NCBI GenBank assembly: GCA_041577295.1
Contig: JBFGJG010000005.1
Span: 1 to 64,000, forward strand
DNA length: 64,000 nt
Source: Gemmatimonadales bacterium
GTDB lineage: Bacteria > Gemmatimonadota > Gemmatimonadetes > Gemmatimonadales > GWC2-71-9
Direction: 5' to 3'
Shown here: positions 52,888 through 62,787 of the stretch, piece after piece
Layout: every line of letters starts with the position of its first letter
How positions within the stretch are numbered: position 1 is the first letter of the stretch
Notes under the pieces: model-generated
What the model saw: the letters and a program-made list of their open reading frames with translations, nothing else
Database searches by the model: none
What the model was told of the DNA's origin: nothing
Program-made: the position numbers and the translations under genes

Positions 52888-54995
52888 CCGACCCTGAACA
52901 GTTCCATCCCCCGTTCGTAACGCCGCTCGATCCGCGCGCGCAGCGGGGCGTGCCCCGATGCGGTCAAGTGAGGATCCTTCTCGACGATGGCAAGCGCAGC
53001 AGTGCGGGCGGCGTCGACGAGGCGGCCATCGGTGGCAAGGTTGGCGTACCGCAAGTTGTATCCACCCGATTGCCGCGCGCCGGCCAACTCGCCGATCCCG
53101 CGCTCCTGCAGGTCGAGCTCGGCGATCTTGAAACCGTCTGAGGTGGCCGCGAAGCGCCGCAGCCGTTCGACCGCCTGCGGACCGCCGCCCGGGAGTAGAA
53201 TGCAATGACTTTCGGCGGCCCCGCGTCCGACTCGTCCGCGCAGCTGATGCAGTTGCGCCAGGCCAAACCGCTCGGGGTGCTCGATCAGCATGACCGTAGC
53301 GTTGGGGATGTCGATGCCCACCTCGATGACGGTGGTTGCGACGAGGACGGCGAGCTTGCCGTCGCGGAACTGACGCATCGTCGCCTCTCGCTCGTCCGAC
53401 TTCATCCTTCCATGAATCAACCCCACAGAGTGCGGCGCCAAGCGTTTTCGTAGCACCTCCGCCATCGTCGTGGCGGCTTTGAGATCGACCTTCTCCGATT
53501 CCTCGATCACCGGATAGACGACGTAGACCTGCTGCCCTGCCGCGCACCGCTCGGAGAGGAAGCGATACACGGCGGGGCGGTCCTTGTCGAAGCGCACGCC
53601 CGTCCGAACGGGCGGCCGGTTTTCCGGCTTCTCCTTGAGGACCGAGATGTCCAGATCCCCGTACAGCGTCAGCGCCAAGGTCCGCGGAATGGGTGTGGCC
53701 GAAAGCAACAAGACTTCCGGTGCCTCACCCTTCTCGATGAGCGCGGCCCGTTGCTCCACACCAAAACGGTGCTGCTCGTCGATGACGACGAGGCCGAGTC
53801 GCGCAAAATCGGTCTGTTCCTGAATGAGTGTATGCGTGCCTACCACCACCTTGGAGTGTCCCGTGGCAATGCGCTCGCGAATGGATGCCTTTTCACCGGC
53901 GGACAACCGGCCGACCAGCATTTCGGGTACGATGCCCAGTGGGGCCAGCAGCTCCGCGATGGCGCGGCCGTGTTGCTCCGCCAGTAACTCGGTGGGTGCC
54001 ATGAAAACCGCCTGGGCCTCATTCTCGACCGCCAGCAGCATGGCAAACAGCGCGACGATGGTCTTGCCCGTTCCCACATCGCCCATCAGGAGACGGTGCA
54101 TACGCTGAGACGACGTCATATCCGCCGTGATCTCGCGAAGCGCTTGTTTCTGATCGGCAGTCAGCTCGAACGGAAGCGCGTGCTTGAGTGCTGTGGTGAG
54201 CTCCCGCTTGACGGCAAACTGCATCCCCTTGTGGGCTTTCTTGGCAAGATGCCTCGCACGCGCCACGACCAGTTGCAAATCGAACAACTCGTCAAACGCG
54301 AGCCGCTGCCGCCCCGATTCCCAGGAGTTGGCTGCCGACGCGGTGGGCGGTTGATGCACCAGTCGCAGCGCGTCGCGTAGCGGGAGCAGGTTTGCGGAGC
54401 GGCGCACGGGTTCCGCCAGATGGTCCTCGGTGGTCTCGAGCATCGCGTCGAGGTGGTCGGCGATGACTCTGCGAATGACGCGGTGACTCAGACCCTCGGT
54501 CGCCGGATACACGGGAATGACCATGCCGCTCTCGTTGCCGCTGGCCGTACCCGGCCCCGCGTTCCCGTCCTCTCCGGCTCCCGCCGCATCCTCGAGCACG
54601 ATCTGCTCACGTGGCACCACCTGGCGCCCGTGATAGTGCTTGACCGGTCCGGACACGAGCAAAAGCTGTCCGGGCTTGATCATCCGATCGAGAAACGCCT
54701 GTCCCGGCCAGGCGCATTCAATCACGCCCGAAGAATCGCGAAGGACCGCGCGAAAGATCCGTAGGCGTTTGCGTGTGGGCATGACCGCCTTCGAGACGAC
54801 GCGCCCCACAAACGTCGCTTCCTGGCCGACGACAGCTTTGGCGATGGGAGTTACCGAGGTGGCGTCGAGATAGCGATGGGGAGTGTGGTACAGCAGATCT
54901 TCCACGGTGCGCACCCCGAGACGTTCGAACGCCTCGGCGCGTCTCGGTCCGACCCCTTTGAGAAACTGAACCGGCGTCTCGCGTTTGAGCGCCAT
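52884..54995 (-). CDS. recG: ATP-dependent DNA helicase RecG
   Basis: LKGVGPRR, RLAFDELF, LPFELT, GDVGTGKT, IDEQHRFGVEQR, SATPIPRTL, RFGLAQLHQLRGRVGRG. Confidence 0.97.
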   Translation of the reverse strand: MALKRETPVQFLKGVGPRRAEAFERLGVRTVEDLLYHTPHRYLDATSVTPIAKAVVGQEATFVGRVVSKAVMPTRKRLRIFRAVLRDSSGVIECAWPGQAFLDRMIKPGQLLLVSGPVKHYHGRQVVPREQIVLEDAAGAGEDGNAGPGTASGNESGMVIPVYPATEGLSHRVIRRVIADHLDAMLETTEDHLAEPVRRSANLLPLRDALRLVHQPPTASAANSWESGRQRLAFDELFDLQLVVARARHLAKKAHKGMQFAVKRELTTALKHALPFELTADQKQALREITADMTSSQRMHRLLMGDVGTGKTIVALFAMLLAVENEAQAVFMAPTELLAEQHGRAIAELLAPLGIVPEMLVGRLSAGEKASIRERIATGHSKVVVGTHTLIQEQTDFARLGLVVIDEQHRFGVEQRAALIEKGEAPEVLLLSATPIPRTLALTLYGDLDISVLKEKPENRPPVRTGVRFDKDRPAVYRFLSERCAAGQQVYVVYPVIEESEKVDLKAATTMAEVLRKRLAPHSVGLIHGRMKSDEREATMRQFRDGKLAVLVATTVIEVGIDIPNATVMLIEHPERFGLAQLHQLRGRVGRGAAESHCILLPGGGPQAVERLRRFAATSDGFKIAELDLQERGIGELAGARQSGGYNLRYANLATDGRLVDAARTAALAIVEKDPHLTASGHAPLRARIERRYERGMELFRVG

Positions 54996-55888
54996 CAATC
55001 GGCGAGTAGGCGGTCCACGAAGCGACCCGCATCGAACACTTCGAGATCGTCGAGCCCTTCGCCCACGCCGATGAACTTGATGGGGATGTCGAGCTCTCGG
55101 CGGAGCAGGAGGACCGCGCCACCCTTCGCGGTGCCGTCGAGCTTGGTGATGACCAACCCAGTGACCGGCACAGCCTCCGAAAAGGCACGCCCCTGTGCCA
55201 AAGCATTCTGACCGACCGTACCGTCTAGCACCAACAGTGTCTCATGCGGTGCCGCCTCGCGTTTGCGGGCCACCACTCGAGCAACCTTTTTGAGCTCCTC
55301 CATGAGATCGCCGTGCGTGTGGAGACGACCGGCCGTGTCGATGAGCACCACATCGACGTTGCGAGCAGTCGCCGCTTCGACCGCATCGTACGCCACGGCG
55401 GCGGGATCGCCGCCACGCGTTCCAGTCACGCAGTCGACCCCGAGCCGGTTGGCCCACTCCTGCAGCTGCTCACTCGCCCCGGCGCGGAAGGTGTCCGCGG
55501 CGGTGAGCAGGACGGACTTACCTTGTCGTTTGAGTCGGTGCGCCAGCTTTGCGATCTGCGTCGTCTTCCCCACGCCATTCACCCCGAGCACCAAAATCAC
55601 GGTGGGACCCGCGGCATCACCAAAGGCGAGGCCGGTGCCGTCGACACTCGGGAAGTAATCGATGATCTCCCGCTTCAGCCACACCTTTACGGCATCGGCC
55701 GTGCGCAAGGTTCCCCGACGCAGTTGATCCTCGACACGCTCTGTCAGCTCGAACGCGATGGGTCCGAAGTCGGCTTCGATCATAACGCGTTCGAAGCGAT
55801 CGATCGTGTCCTGATCCAGGCCCTTGACCAGCACGGTGACGTCTGTAAGAGCCACCTGTTTGATGCGCTGCCACAAGCTCTTGCTCAC
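54995..55888 (-). CDS. ftsY: Signal recognition particle receptor FtsY
   Basis: GVNGVGKTT, DTFRAGA, DTAGR, TKLDGTAKGG, GVGEGLDDL; GTG start overlaps the upstream stop. Confidence 0.96.
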   Translation of the reverse strand: MSKSLWQRIKQVALTDVTVLVKGLDQDTIDRFERVMIEADFGPIAFELTERVEDQLRRGTLRTADAVKVWLKREIIDYFPSVDGTGLAFGDAAGPTVILVLGVNGVGKTTQIAKLAHRLKRQGKSVLLTAADTFRAGASEQLQEWANRLGVDCVTGTRGGDPAAVAYDAVEAATARNVDVVLIDTAGRLHTHGDLMEELKKVARVVARKREAAPHETLLVLDGTVGQNALAQGRAFSEAVPVTGLVITKLDGTAKGGAVLLLRRELDIPIKFIGVGEGLDDLEVFDAGRFVDRLLAD

Positions 55889-57708
55889 GGGAGCCCCCGG
55901 CGCTGCCGCCACGCCCATTCGCCAACTAGCGCGAGGACGCCGATCACAAAGAGCCACCAACGTTCTCTGGCGTGCTCCTCGAGGAGTGTAAAGGCCACAC
56001 CACCCGTCTCGGGCACGTTCATGACGGTACGAGGCGAGTACTCAGCGGAGTACGACTCGACAACGGACACCCCCCGCACGTTACCCGCATCGGGAATCAC
56101 CCAGCGATACACACCGGGCTCGAGATCGACCCGGGCGGTGCCGTTCGCATCAAAGCGTAGGGACTGGGTAACGCTCGTATCGCCCACGAAGGTGACGGCA
56201 AGAGAATCGGGAATCGAATCACGTGTCCAGCGAAAGACCACTGGCATGCCGCGCTGCACTACCGGGCTCGCGGTCACGGCAAGGTTGGAGGAACCCGTGC
56301 GCTCTGCCAGCAGCCAGTCGGTGCCCGCCGCCAGAATCGCGCGATACGCCTCGCGCGCAGCCCCACCACGAAACCGCCATCGCCAGAGTCCTTCGCCCAC
56401 GGTTGTGAGTACGCGCATACCCGCCGAGTCCCGGCCGACCAGCACTGGGCGTTCCGCACCACGTCGTCCCTGCCGCGCCGCGAGCGCGGACCAATCCACC
56501 GCCGTGAGAGTCACCGGTACCACGCCGGTGAGCGGTGCGAGGGAGTCCCATTCGAGACCGGCAAGCCGACCGGCCAGCGGCGAGCCCGGAAGCTCTGGGG
56601 AGAGGTACCAGTCGCCCGCAACCACCGCACGAGGTGTCTCGCCGCCCGGCCAGAACCAGACGGGGCCCCGGCGATCGGGACCCGCCCGCTCACGCGGGCC
56701 GCGCAACACGAGCAGCGCGGCCGTCCGCACTGCGGTGCGCACTTGCTGGTCGGAAACGCGTGTGAGCGTTCGCATGTCGAGCCACGACCCGCTGACCGTC
56801 CGCGCATAACCGCGCACGGTCGTTCGCGCCACGTCGGACAGCTCCTCCACGAGGAATCGTCCCTCCCAGTCCGCCGGATCGACCACGACCACGATGGCCG
56901 GCTGTTCCGACACCTCGAGCACCACCAGACGTTCGTCGTTTCGTGGCTCCGCGTCGCCGCTTGCCGTGAGACGCGCCTGGATCACGTGCGTTCCGGCCGC
57001 GAAGAGGCCAGGTCGCAGCGCCACCCGTCGCCGCGCGGTGCCCGGTGACGGCGGTAACGCCACCTGCGTGCTCGCGAGCCGCCGGTCGCCCACAGCCACG
57101 TGGACCTCCGCGGAATCGCTCGCGAGCGCTCCCCACGTTCCCACTGTGAGGTAGAAGACGAGCGAATCTTCGCGCTGAACGCGGCCCGGCACATCGACCC
57201 GTAACACGGCAGCATCTGGCACGGTATCGCGGGGCAACAGTACGAAACGCGTGCCGGGTGTCAGCGCGGGTGGGATAGCGCCTGCATCTTCTATCTCGCC
57301 GTCGGTCACCACGACCGTCGGCCCGCCGCGCGCGCGGGCGGCCGTCAACGCATCACGCAGTTGGGTGGTACCACCAATCGGTGGGGACGCGTCGAACGGT
57401 CGCACATCGTTCCCAAACCGGAGTATCGTGCCTCCGCTGCGGGTGAGCGTATGGGCGCTGTCGAGCGCAGCGCTCCACCGATCTGCACCGGCTTGCATAC
57501 TCAGCGACGCATCCAGCAGCACGGTTGGAGGCCCGCCGGTCACTCGGGCTGTGCGCGATGGATTGAAGAACAGTGCGAGCAACGCGCCGAGGCCAACGAC
57601 TCGCAGCGTTGCGAGCCCCACGCCGCGCGGTCCCTGGCGCTCGAGTCGCAAGTACACGAACACGGCGATCGCCGCCACGCCGGCGGTTGCCAGAACTACC
57701 GCAAGCAC
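55885..57708 (-). CDS. Hypothetical membrane protein with VWA-like (MIDAS) and Ig-like domains
   Basis: Two N-terminal TM segments; LLDASLSM (DxSxS) and VVVTDGE; C-terminal TM ending EWAWRQRRGLP. Confidence 0.75.
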   Translation of the reverse strand: MLAVVLATAGVAAIAVFVYLRLERQGPRGVGLATLRVVGLGALLALFFNPSRTARVTGGPPTVLLDASLSMQAGADRWSAALDSAHTLTRSGGTILRFGNDVRPFDASPPIGGTTQLRDALTAARARGGPTVVVTDGEIEDAGAIPPALTPGTRFVLLPRDTVPDAAVLRVDVPGRVQREDSLVFYLTVGTWGALASDSAEVHVAVGDRRLASTQVALPPSPGTARRRVALRPGLFAAGTHVIQARLTASGDAEPRNDERLVVLEVSEQPAIVVVVDPADWEGRFLVEELSDVARTTVRGYARTVSGSWLDMRTLTRVSDQQVRTAVRTAALLVLRGPRERAGPDRRGPVWFWPGGETPRAVVAGDWYLSPELPGSPLAGRLAGLEWDSLAPLTGVVPVTLTAVDWSALAARQGRRGAERPVLVGRDSAGMRVLTTVGEGLWRWRFRGGAAREAYRAILAAGTDWLLAERTGSSNLAVTASPVVQRGMPVVFRWTRDSIPDSLAVTFVGDTSVTQSLRFDANGTARVDLEPGVYRWVIPDAGNVRGVSVVESYSAEYSPRTVMNVPETGGVAFTLLEEHARERWWLFVIGVLALVGEWAWRQRRGLP

Positions 57709-58412
57709 GCGTTCGCCTCTCGCAGCGTGAAGCGGCGGTCGTAAAGGGCACGACCAACAATGACCCCTGCAAGGCCACGCTCGGCTGCCTCGGTCAGCTC
57801 GTGAAGCCCCGCAACACCGCCTGCGACGATCACGGCGACACCCTCACGCGCCAGCCGTTCCGCTCCCACCAGATCGGCGCCGGTGGCCAAGCCGTCGCGG
57901 TCGAGGTCGCGGTACACGACTGTGGTCACACCCGCGCTGAGCGCGCGTCGCGCCAGCACATTTGGTGGAGTGATACCTCCGGCAACACGTTCACGTTCTC
58001 GAACGCAGATCGATCCTTGGCGCACATCGATGTTGACCGCGGCGCGCTCGATCCCGATGAGGGAAAGCAGGTGCTCGAACTCTTCCGAGAGTGCTGCGCC
58101 GGTCCCGATCACGATCCTGGTGGCACCGGCTTCGACGGCGTCAGCAGCCCACCGCGCGGAGCTGACGTTACCACCCACCTGGACCTTGGCATTTGGAAGC
58201 GCACAGATTGCACGAATCCAGTCATTGTTGGCCTTGCCGGTGCCAAGCGCGCGATCCATGTCGACGACGTGGAGCCAGGCGGCTCCCCCCTCGAGGAACG
58301 CCTCGGCCTGCTGCACGGGGTCCGGCAAGGTATTCCACTGACCGCGCGGCGTCCGCTCGGCAAGACGCAGGACGCGACCGTCCTGAATGTCAATCGCGGG
58401 ATAGACTGTCAC
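57696..58412 (-). CDS. HisA/HisF-family TIM-barrel protein (HisA-like)
   Basis: YPAIDIQDGRVLRL, LHVVDMD, QVGG, RIVIGT, DRDG, AGGV, GVIVGRALY. Confidence 0.85.
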   Translation of the reverse strand: MTVYPAIDIQDGRVLRLAERTPRGQWNTLPDPVQQAEAFLEGGAAWLHVVDMDRALGTGKANNDWIRAICALPNAKVQVGGNVSSARWAADAVEAGATRIVIGTGAALSEEFEHLLSLIGIERAAVNIDVRQGSICVRERERVAGGITPPNVLARRALSAGVTTVVYRDLDRDGLATGADLVGAERLAREGVAVIVAGGVAGLHELTEAAERGLAGVIVGRALYDRRFTLREANACLR

Positions 58413-58439
58413 AAACGGAATGTAGCCGACGTGCCGCTG

Positions 58440-59699
58440 CTAATCGCCTTCCGCCTGGACCGTGGGTGCGGTGTAGTCGAGGAGTTGATCGTAATAGGCG
58501 CGGGTGGAGTCGAACTCGGCACGCCGACTACTGCTAACGGGTGTCCCATCACCGTAGCGTACCGCGGTTCGGGGATCCATGTGCCGCCCGTTCTTGATGA
58601 ACTCGTAGTGAACGTGCGGCCCGGTTGCGAGGCCGGTCGAACCAACGAACCCCACCGGGTCTCCCTGTCGCACCGTTGAACCGATGCCGACTCCACGAGC
58701 CAGCGAGCTGAGGTGCGCGTAACGTGTCTGGACGTCTTTAGGGTGCCGGATCTCGACCATCAACCCATAGCTACCCCAGCGCCCCGCGCGAGTGATGACC
58801 CCGTCACCCGTGGCACGCACCTCGGCCCCATGCGGCGCGCCAAAATCGATGCCCAGGTGTGGGCGATACCGTTTGAGCACGGGATGGTACCGGCGGCGGG
58901 AGAAGCGCGACGTGATGCGATAGGGGACGGGTGACAGCTTGAAGTCTCGCAGGAGCGACTTGCCTTCGGCGTCGTAGTAGCCGTTGCGACCATCCGTCTC
59001 GGGAAACACGTACGCCGTGTTGATACGACCGCGTGTAGCGATACGCGCTGCCGTTACTCGCCCAAACCGGATGTCACCCATCGGAGATGTGAGGCGCTCA
59101 AAGAGCAGCTCGACGTGGTCTCCCGGGTAAATGTCGCGCGTAAAGTCAATCACCCATCCGTAAACCCCGTCCGCCAGATCCCACGCTAACAACGCCCGCT
59201 GGGCCGCGGGGAGGACCGAGTCCGGAATCATGGTGTCGAGCGTTTCGAACAGCGAGGAGCGAATGGGACTGCGAACCAGCTCGAGATTGACCGTCCACTG
59301 GATCGTCTCGGAGGATCCGAGCCAAACGTCGCCAGAGTCGCGGCGCAGGGTCAGCACCCGCTCGTCGCCCACTCGCATCACGACGCGATCGGGCTTTGGT
59401 TCGGTGACGACATAGCGGAATTCGAAGACCTGCCCCGCTCGTACTCTGCGTGGGTCCACGCCGTCCGCCGCGGCGAGGAGCGAGAACAGCTCAGAACCGG
59501 AGATGTTGTGGCGGGCGAAGAGCTCGCTGAGCGTCTCGTTGCGTTGTAGCGTGTCGGCCCGCTCTTCATGAGCGGTCGAGATGACAATCGGGTTCGCCGA
59601 GGGCAGCTCGGATTCCGGCCAGAAGCCCACCGCGAGACCCGTGGCCACCACCACGACCCCGCTCCCGAGCGTGAACGCGTTGGGCAGACGGACTGGCAT
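58440..59699 (-). CDS. M23 family metallopeptidase (MepM/Csd3-like)
   Basis: N-terminal TM; ITSRFSRRRYHPVL, HLGIDFGA, YAHLS, GSTGLATGPHVHYE. Confidence 0.93.
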   Translation of the reverse strand: MPVRLPNAFTLGSGVVVVATGLAVGFWPESELPSANPIVISTAHEERADTLQRNETLSELFARHNISGSELFSLLAAADGVDPRRVRAGQVFEFRYVVTEPKPDRVVMRVGDERVLTLRRDSGDVWLGSSETIQWTVNLELVRSPIRSSLFETLDTMIPDSVLPAAQRALLAWDLADGVYGWVIDFTRDIYPGDHVELLFERLTSPMGDIRFGRVTAARIATRGRINTAYVFPETDGRNGYYDAEGKSLLRDFKLSPVPYRITSRFSRRRYHPVLKRYRPHLGIDFGAPHGAEVRATGDGVITRAGRWGSYGLMVEIRHPKDVQTRYAHLSSLARGVGIGSTVRQGDPVGFVGSTGLATGPHVHYEFIKNGRHMDPRTAVRYGDGTPVSSSRRAEFDSTRAYYDQLLDYTAPTVQAEGD

Positions 59700-60856
59700 C
59701 AGTCCATCTGGCGGCGGATGAAGGTCGGGATCTCCATGTCGGAGATCTCCTCGACGTCAGGGGAAGGAGGGGTTTGCTTGGGAGCGGTCACACCCCGCTG
59801 CGGCGTGGCAGTCGCCGGGCGCGGCGCGCGCTGCGGGAACGGCAACACACCAGGGGTGCCCGGCCGCCCGGCGTAGGGACTCTCCTGCTGAGTCAACGCC
59901 TTATCGAAGCCCGTAGCAATCACGGTCACCCGAACCTCACCCTGCATGGCAGATTCATGCACGGCACCGAAGATGATCTCGGCCTGATCGCCGGCCGCAT
60001 CGTGGATGATCTCGCTGATCTGATTGACCTCACCCAGCGTAAGATCTTCCCCGCCGGTAATGTTGACCAGGACACCCGTGGATCCATTGATGCTGACATC
60101 GTCCAGCAACGGGCTGGCGATCGCTTGCTGAGCCGCTTCGAGGGCGCGGTCCTCTCCGCGCGACGCGCCGGTGCCCATGAGTGCGGAGCCGCCGTTTTGC
60201 ATGACCGTACGTACGTCGGCGAAATCGACGTTCACCAAACCCGTGACGCTGATGAGCGTGGAGATGCCTTGTGTGGCGTGGAGCAACACTTCGTCCGCCT
60301 TCTTGAGGGCCTCCTGGAACGGCACGTTCTTGCCCACCACCGCGAGCAGCCGCTCGTTGGGCACCACAATCATCGTGTCGACGTGCTTGCGCATCTCTGC
60401 GATGCCGATCTCGGCCTGCCGCATTCGCTTGCGCCCCTCGAACAGAAACGGCTTGGTAATGATGCCTACGGTGAGCGCCCCGACATCGCGTGCGAGTTGT
60501 GCGATGATTGGCGACGCCCCGGTTCCCGTGCCACCACCCATGCCGCACGTCACGAACACCAGGTCGGCTCCCTCCAGGGTGTGGAGCACCTCGTCGCGGT
60601 TCTCTTCGATGGCCTGCCGTCCAATCTCGGGACGGGCGCCGGCGCCCAGTCCCCGCGTGAGCTTCTTGCCGATCTGGATCTTCACATCGGCGTCGTTGTG
60701 CAGCAGGGCTTGCGCATCGGTGTTGACGGAGATGAACTCGACCCCGGTCAGGTGTTCGGCGATCATGCGGTTCACCGCATTCCCGCCACCGCCACCAACC
60801 CCTACCACCTTCATCCGGGCGTTTTGCGCAACCGTCTCTTCCAGTTCGAAGACCAT
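59699..60856 (-). CDS. ftsZ: Cell division protein FtsZ
   Basis: [31 protein letters not shown]-terminal [13 protein letters not shown]. Confidence 0.98.
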   Translation of the reverse strand: MVFELEETVAQNARMKVVGVGGGGGNAVNRMIAEHLTGVEFISVNTDAQALLHNDADVKIQIGKKLTRGLGAGARPEIGRQAIEENRDEVLHTLEGADLVFVTCGMGGGTGTGASPIIAQLARDVGALTVGIITKPFLFEGRKRMRQAEIGIAEMRKHVDTMIVVPNERLLAVVGKNVPFQEALKKADEVLLHATQGISTLISVTGLVNVDFADVRTVMQNGGSALMGTGASRGEDRALEAAQQAIASPLLDDVSINGSTGVLVNITGGEDLTLGEVNQISEIIHDAAGDQAEIIFGAVHESAMQGEVRVTVIATGFDKALTQQESPYAGRPGTPGVLPFPQRAPRPATATPQRGVTAPKQTPPSPDVEEISDMEIPTFIRRQMD

Positions 60857-60874
60857 GAGTTCCTCTTGTCCTCT

Positions 60875-62110
60875 TTAGAAGAAGTCTTGCAGCCAGCGTT
60901 TCACTGGTGCGAAGAGTCTACCCACCGACGTATCCGCCAGACTATCGGTACCGCGAAGACGTCGTCGCGACGCGTACAGCGTCAAACCGACGGGCACCGC
61001 GTAGCGTGGTGCCTGCACACTGTCCACTAATCCGGTGATCTGCGTCTGAGGAGTCCCCTTGCGCACCGGCATGGCGAATATCTCGCGGCTCAGCTCGACA
61101 ATGCCGGCCATATGCGCCCCGCCACCGCTGAGCACCACACCGGCCGGGAGGCGACCTCCAAACCCGGCGGTATCAATCTGCTCCGCAACCAGCTGGAGGA
61201 CCTCGTCCAGCCGCTGGTGAATGATGTGCGCCAACAGCTCGCGTTTAGCCTCGCGGTCCCCTTGCCCCGGTGTTCCGGGGAGCTCGATGATCTCGTCTGA
61301 ATCGACGAGCGGTGAGTACGCCACGCCCCACCGCTCCTTGAGCCGCTCGGCGTCTGTCTGCGTCACACCCAGCCCCTGCACGATGTCATTAGTAACGAGC
61401 CAGCCGGCGAACGGCAGCGACGATAGATGCCGGAGCTTCGCTTCGTGAAAGATGGCGGTTGTCGTAAGCCCACCTCCCAACTCCACCAGCGCGCACCCCA
61501 GCTCCTTCTCTTCGTCCGTTACGGTGGCGAGCGACGCCGCGAGCGGCTCCAGCACCAACTCCGCCACACGGTACCCGGCCCGCTCGACCGACTTCCGCAG
61601 GTTCTGTGCGGCCTTCTTTTGCACGGCCACGAGACACATTTCGACTTCGAGTCGCACACCGACGAATCCCACCGGGTCGCTGATCCCACCCTGCGCATCG
61701 ACCTTGTACTCCTGCGGGATGTGATGGAGCAACTCATAGCCGTCGCCGAGGGTGACTGCCTTCGCGACGTCCGACACCCGTTCCGCATCGTCCCGTGTGA
61801 TCTCTTCGCCCGTCACCGAGGCGAGGCCTGTCGAAACTTGGGTCCGCACGTGCTCCCCGGCCACGCCGCAATAGACGGCGGGCACCTCCACCCCCGCCAT
61901 GCGCTCAGCATCACGCATGGCACGCACGATGGAGCGGGTCGTCTCCTCGATATCTCGCACCTTGCCGCGCCGCAGCCCCGATGTCTTGGCCAGTCCGATG
62001 CCGAGGATATTGGCACCGGGAAGGCCGTCGATTTCGACCGCCTCGGCGATCACCGCGCACGTCTTGGTGGTGCCGAGATTCAGACCGGCGACCAGGTTCT
62101 CCCGCTTCAC
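60875..62110 (-). CDS. ftsA: Cell division protein FtsA
   Basis: LGTTKTCAVI, LEPLAASLA, EKELGCALVELGGG, AERLKE, GVVLSGGGA, C-terminal amphipathic helix KRWLQDFF. Confidence 0.95.
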   Translation of the reverse strand: MKRENLVAGLNLGTTKTCAVIAEAVEIDGLPGANILGIGLAKTSGLRRGKVRDIEETTRSIVRAMRDAERMAGVEVPAVYCGVAGEHVRTQVSTGLASVTGEEITRDDAERVSDVAKAVTLGDGYELLHHIPQEYKVDAQGGISDPVGFVGVRLEVEMCLVAVQKKAAQNLRKSVERAGYRVAELVLEPLAASLATVTDEEKELGCALVELGGGLTTTAIFHEAKLRHLSSLPFAGWLVTNDIVQGLGVTQTDAERLKERWGVAYSPLVDSDEIIELPGTPGQGDREAKRELLAHIIHQRLDEVLQLVAEQIDTAGFGGRLPAGVVLSGGGAHMAGIVELSREIFAMPVRKGTPQTQITGLVDSVQAPRYAVPVGLTLYASRRRLRGTDSLADTSVGRLFAPVKRWLQDFF

Positions 62111-62787
62111 ACGCCTCCCGTTCGCGCAAACACGCGTCCTGCAAACCGAGCGTCGAGGCGGCGTGCCGCTCGACCGGTCTCGGCGAGATGCTCGCGCACG
62201 GCTCCGACCGCCCGGATTTGCTCACCGGACGGCTCCCTGCCCACGATCAGCTCTTCACCCCCCAGATCGAGCAACACGTCACTCTTTCCGTAGCGCCGCG
62301 CGCTCTGCACTTCGCGAAACAGCGCCGAATCGGTGGCCCGTACGCGCCACAGCGCGCGAACCAGCACCGTGTCCGGTCGAGGAACGACCGGCAGATCCAG
62401 ACCGGTGGCGGCGGGCTCGTATGGCAGCGGATGCCCCGTAGCATCGAGCGGCACCATGCCGTCGGGACCGGGTGCCATTGCCACGGCTTCGTGCTGCGTG
62501 AAGATGAGCCGCAGTGTCCCGGGAAGGCGACGTTCGACGCGCACATCTGCAACGCCCGGAAGCTCGCGCGCTCGGCGCTCCAGGGGCTTGTTACTCTCGA
62601 ACAGATTACGACGGGGCGGAATCTCGAGCCGCACCAACACGCTTTCCGCCGGCAGATACCGCAGGCCGGTGAGCTCGACCTGACGTACGTGGAAAAAGCC
62701 AACGTGCCTGAGGGCAAGTGGCATCAGCCCCACTGCCACCCCTGCGAGGACGGCTCCGACCGCCACCGTGCCGACCGCTCGCCTCAC
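62107..62787 (-). CDS. ftsQ: Cell division protein FtsQ/DivIB
   Basis: Single TM, POTRA (FHVRQVELTGLRYL...VERRLPGTLRL), C-terminal LDARFAGRV; directly upstream of ftsA. Confidence 0.85.
   Translation of the reverse strand: MRRAVGTVAVGAVLAGVAVGLMPLALRHVGFFHVRQVELTGLRYLPAESVLVRLEIPPRRNLFESNKPLERRARELPGVADVRVERRLPGTLRLIFTQHEAVAMAPGPDGMVPLDATGHPLPYEPAATGLDLPVVPRPDTVLVRALWRVRATDSALFREVQSARRYGKSDVLLDLGGEELIVGREPSGEQIRAVGAVREHLAETGRAARRLDARFAGRVFARTGGV

Noticed and set aside
55244..56809. Long antisense or alternate-frame ORFs (e.g. 55244-56809 +, 40394-42019 -, 59774-61030 +, 31105-32346 +, 10749-11891 -)
   Set aside because: They overlap well-supported genes, have Arg/Pro/Ala-rich or antisense-codon composition and no motifs; expected in GC-rich DNA.
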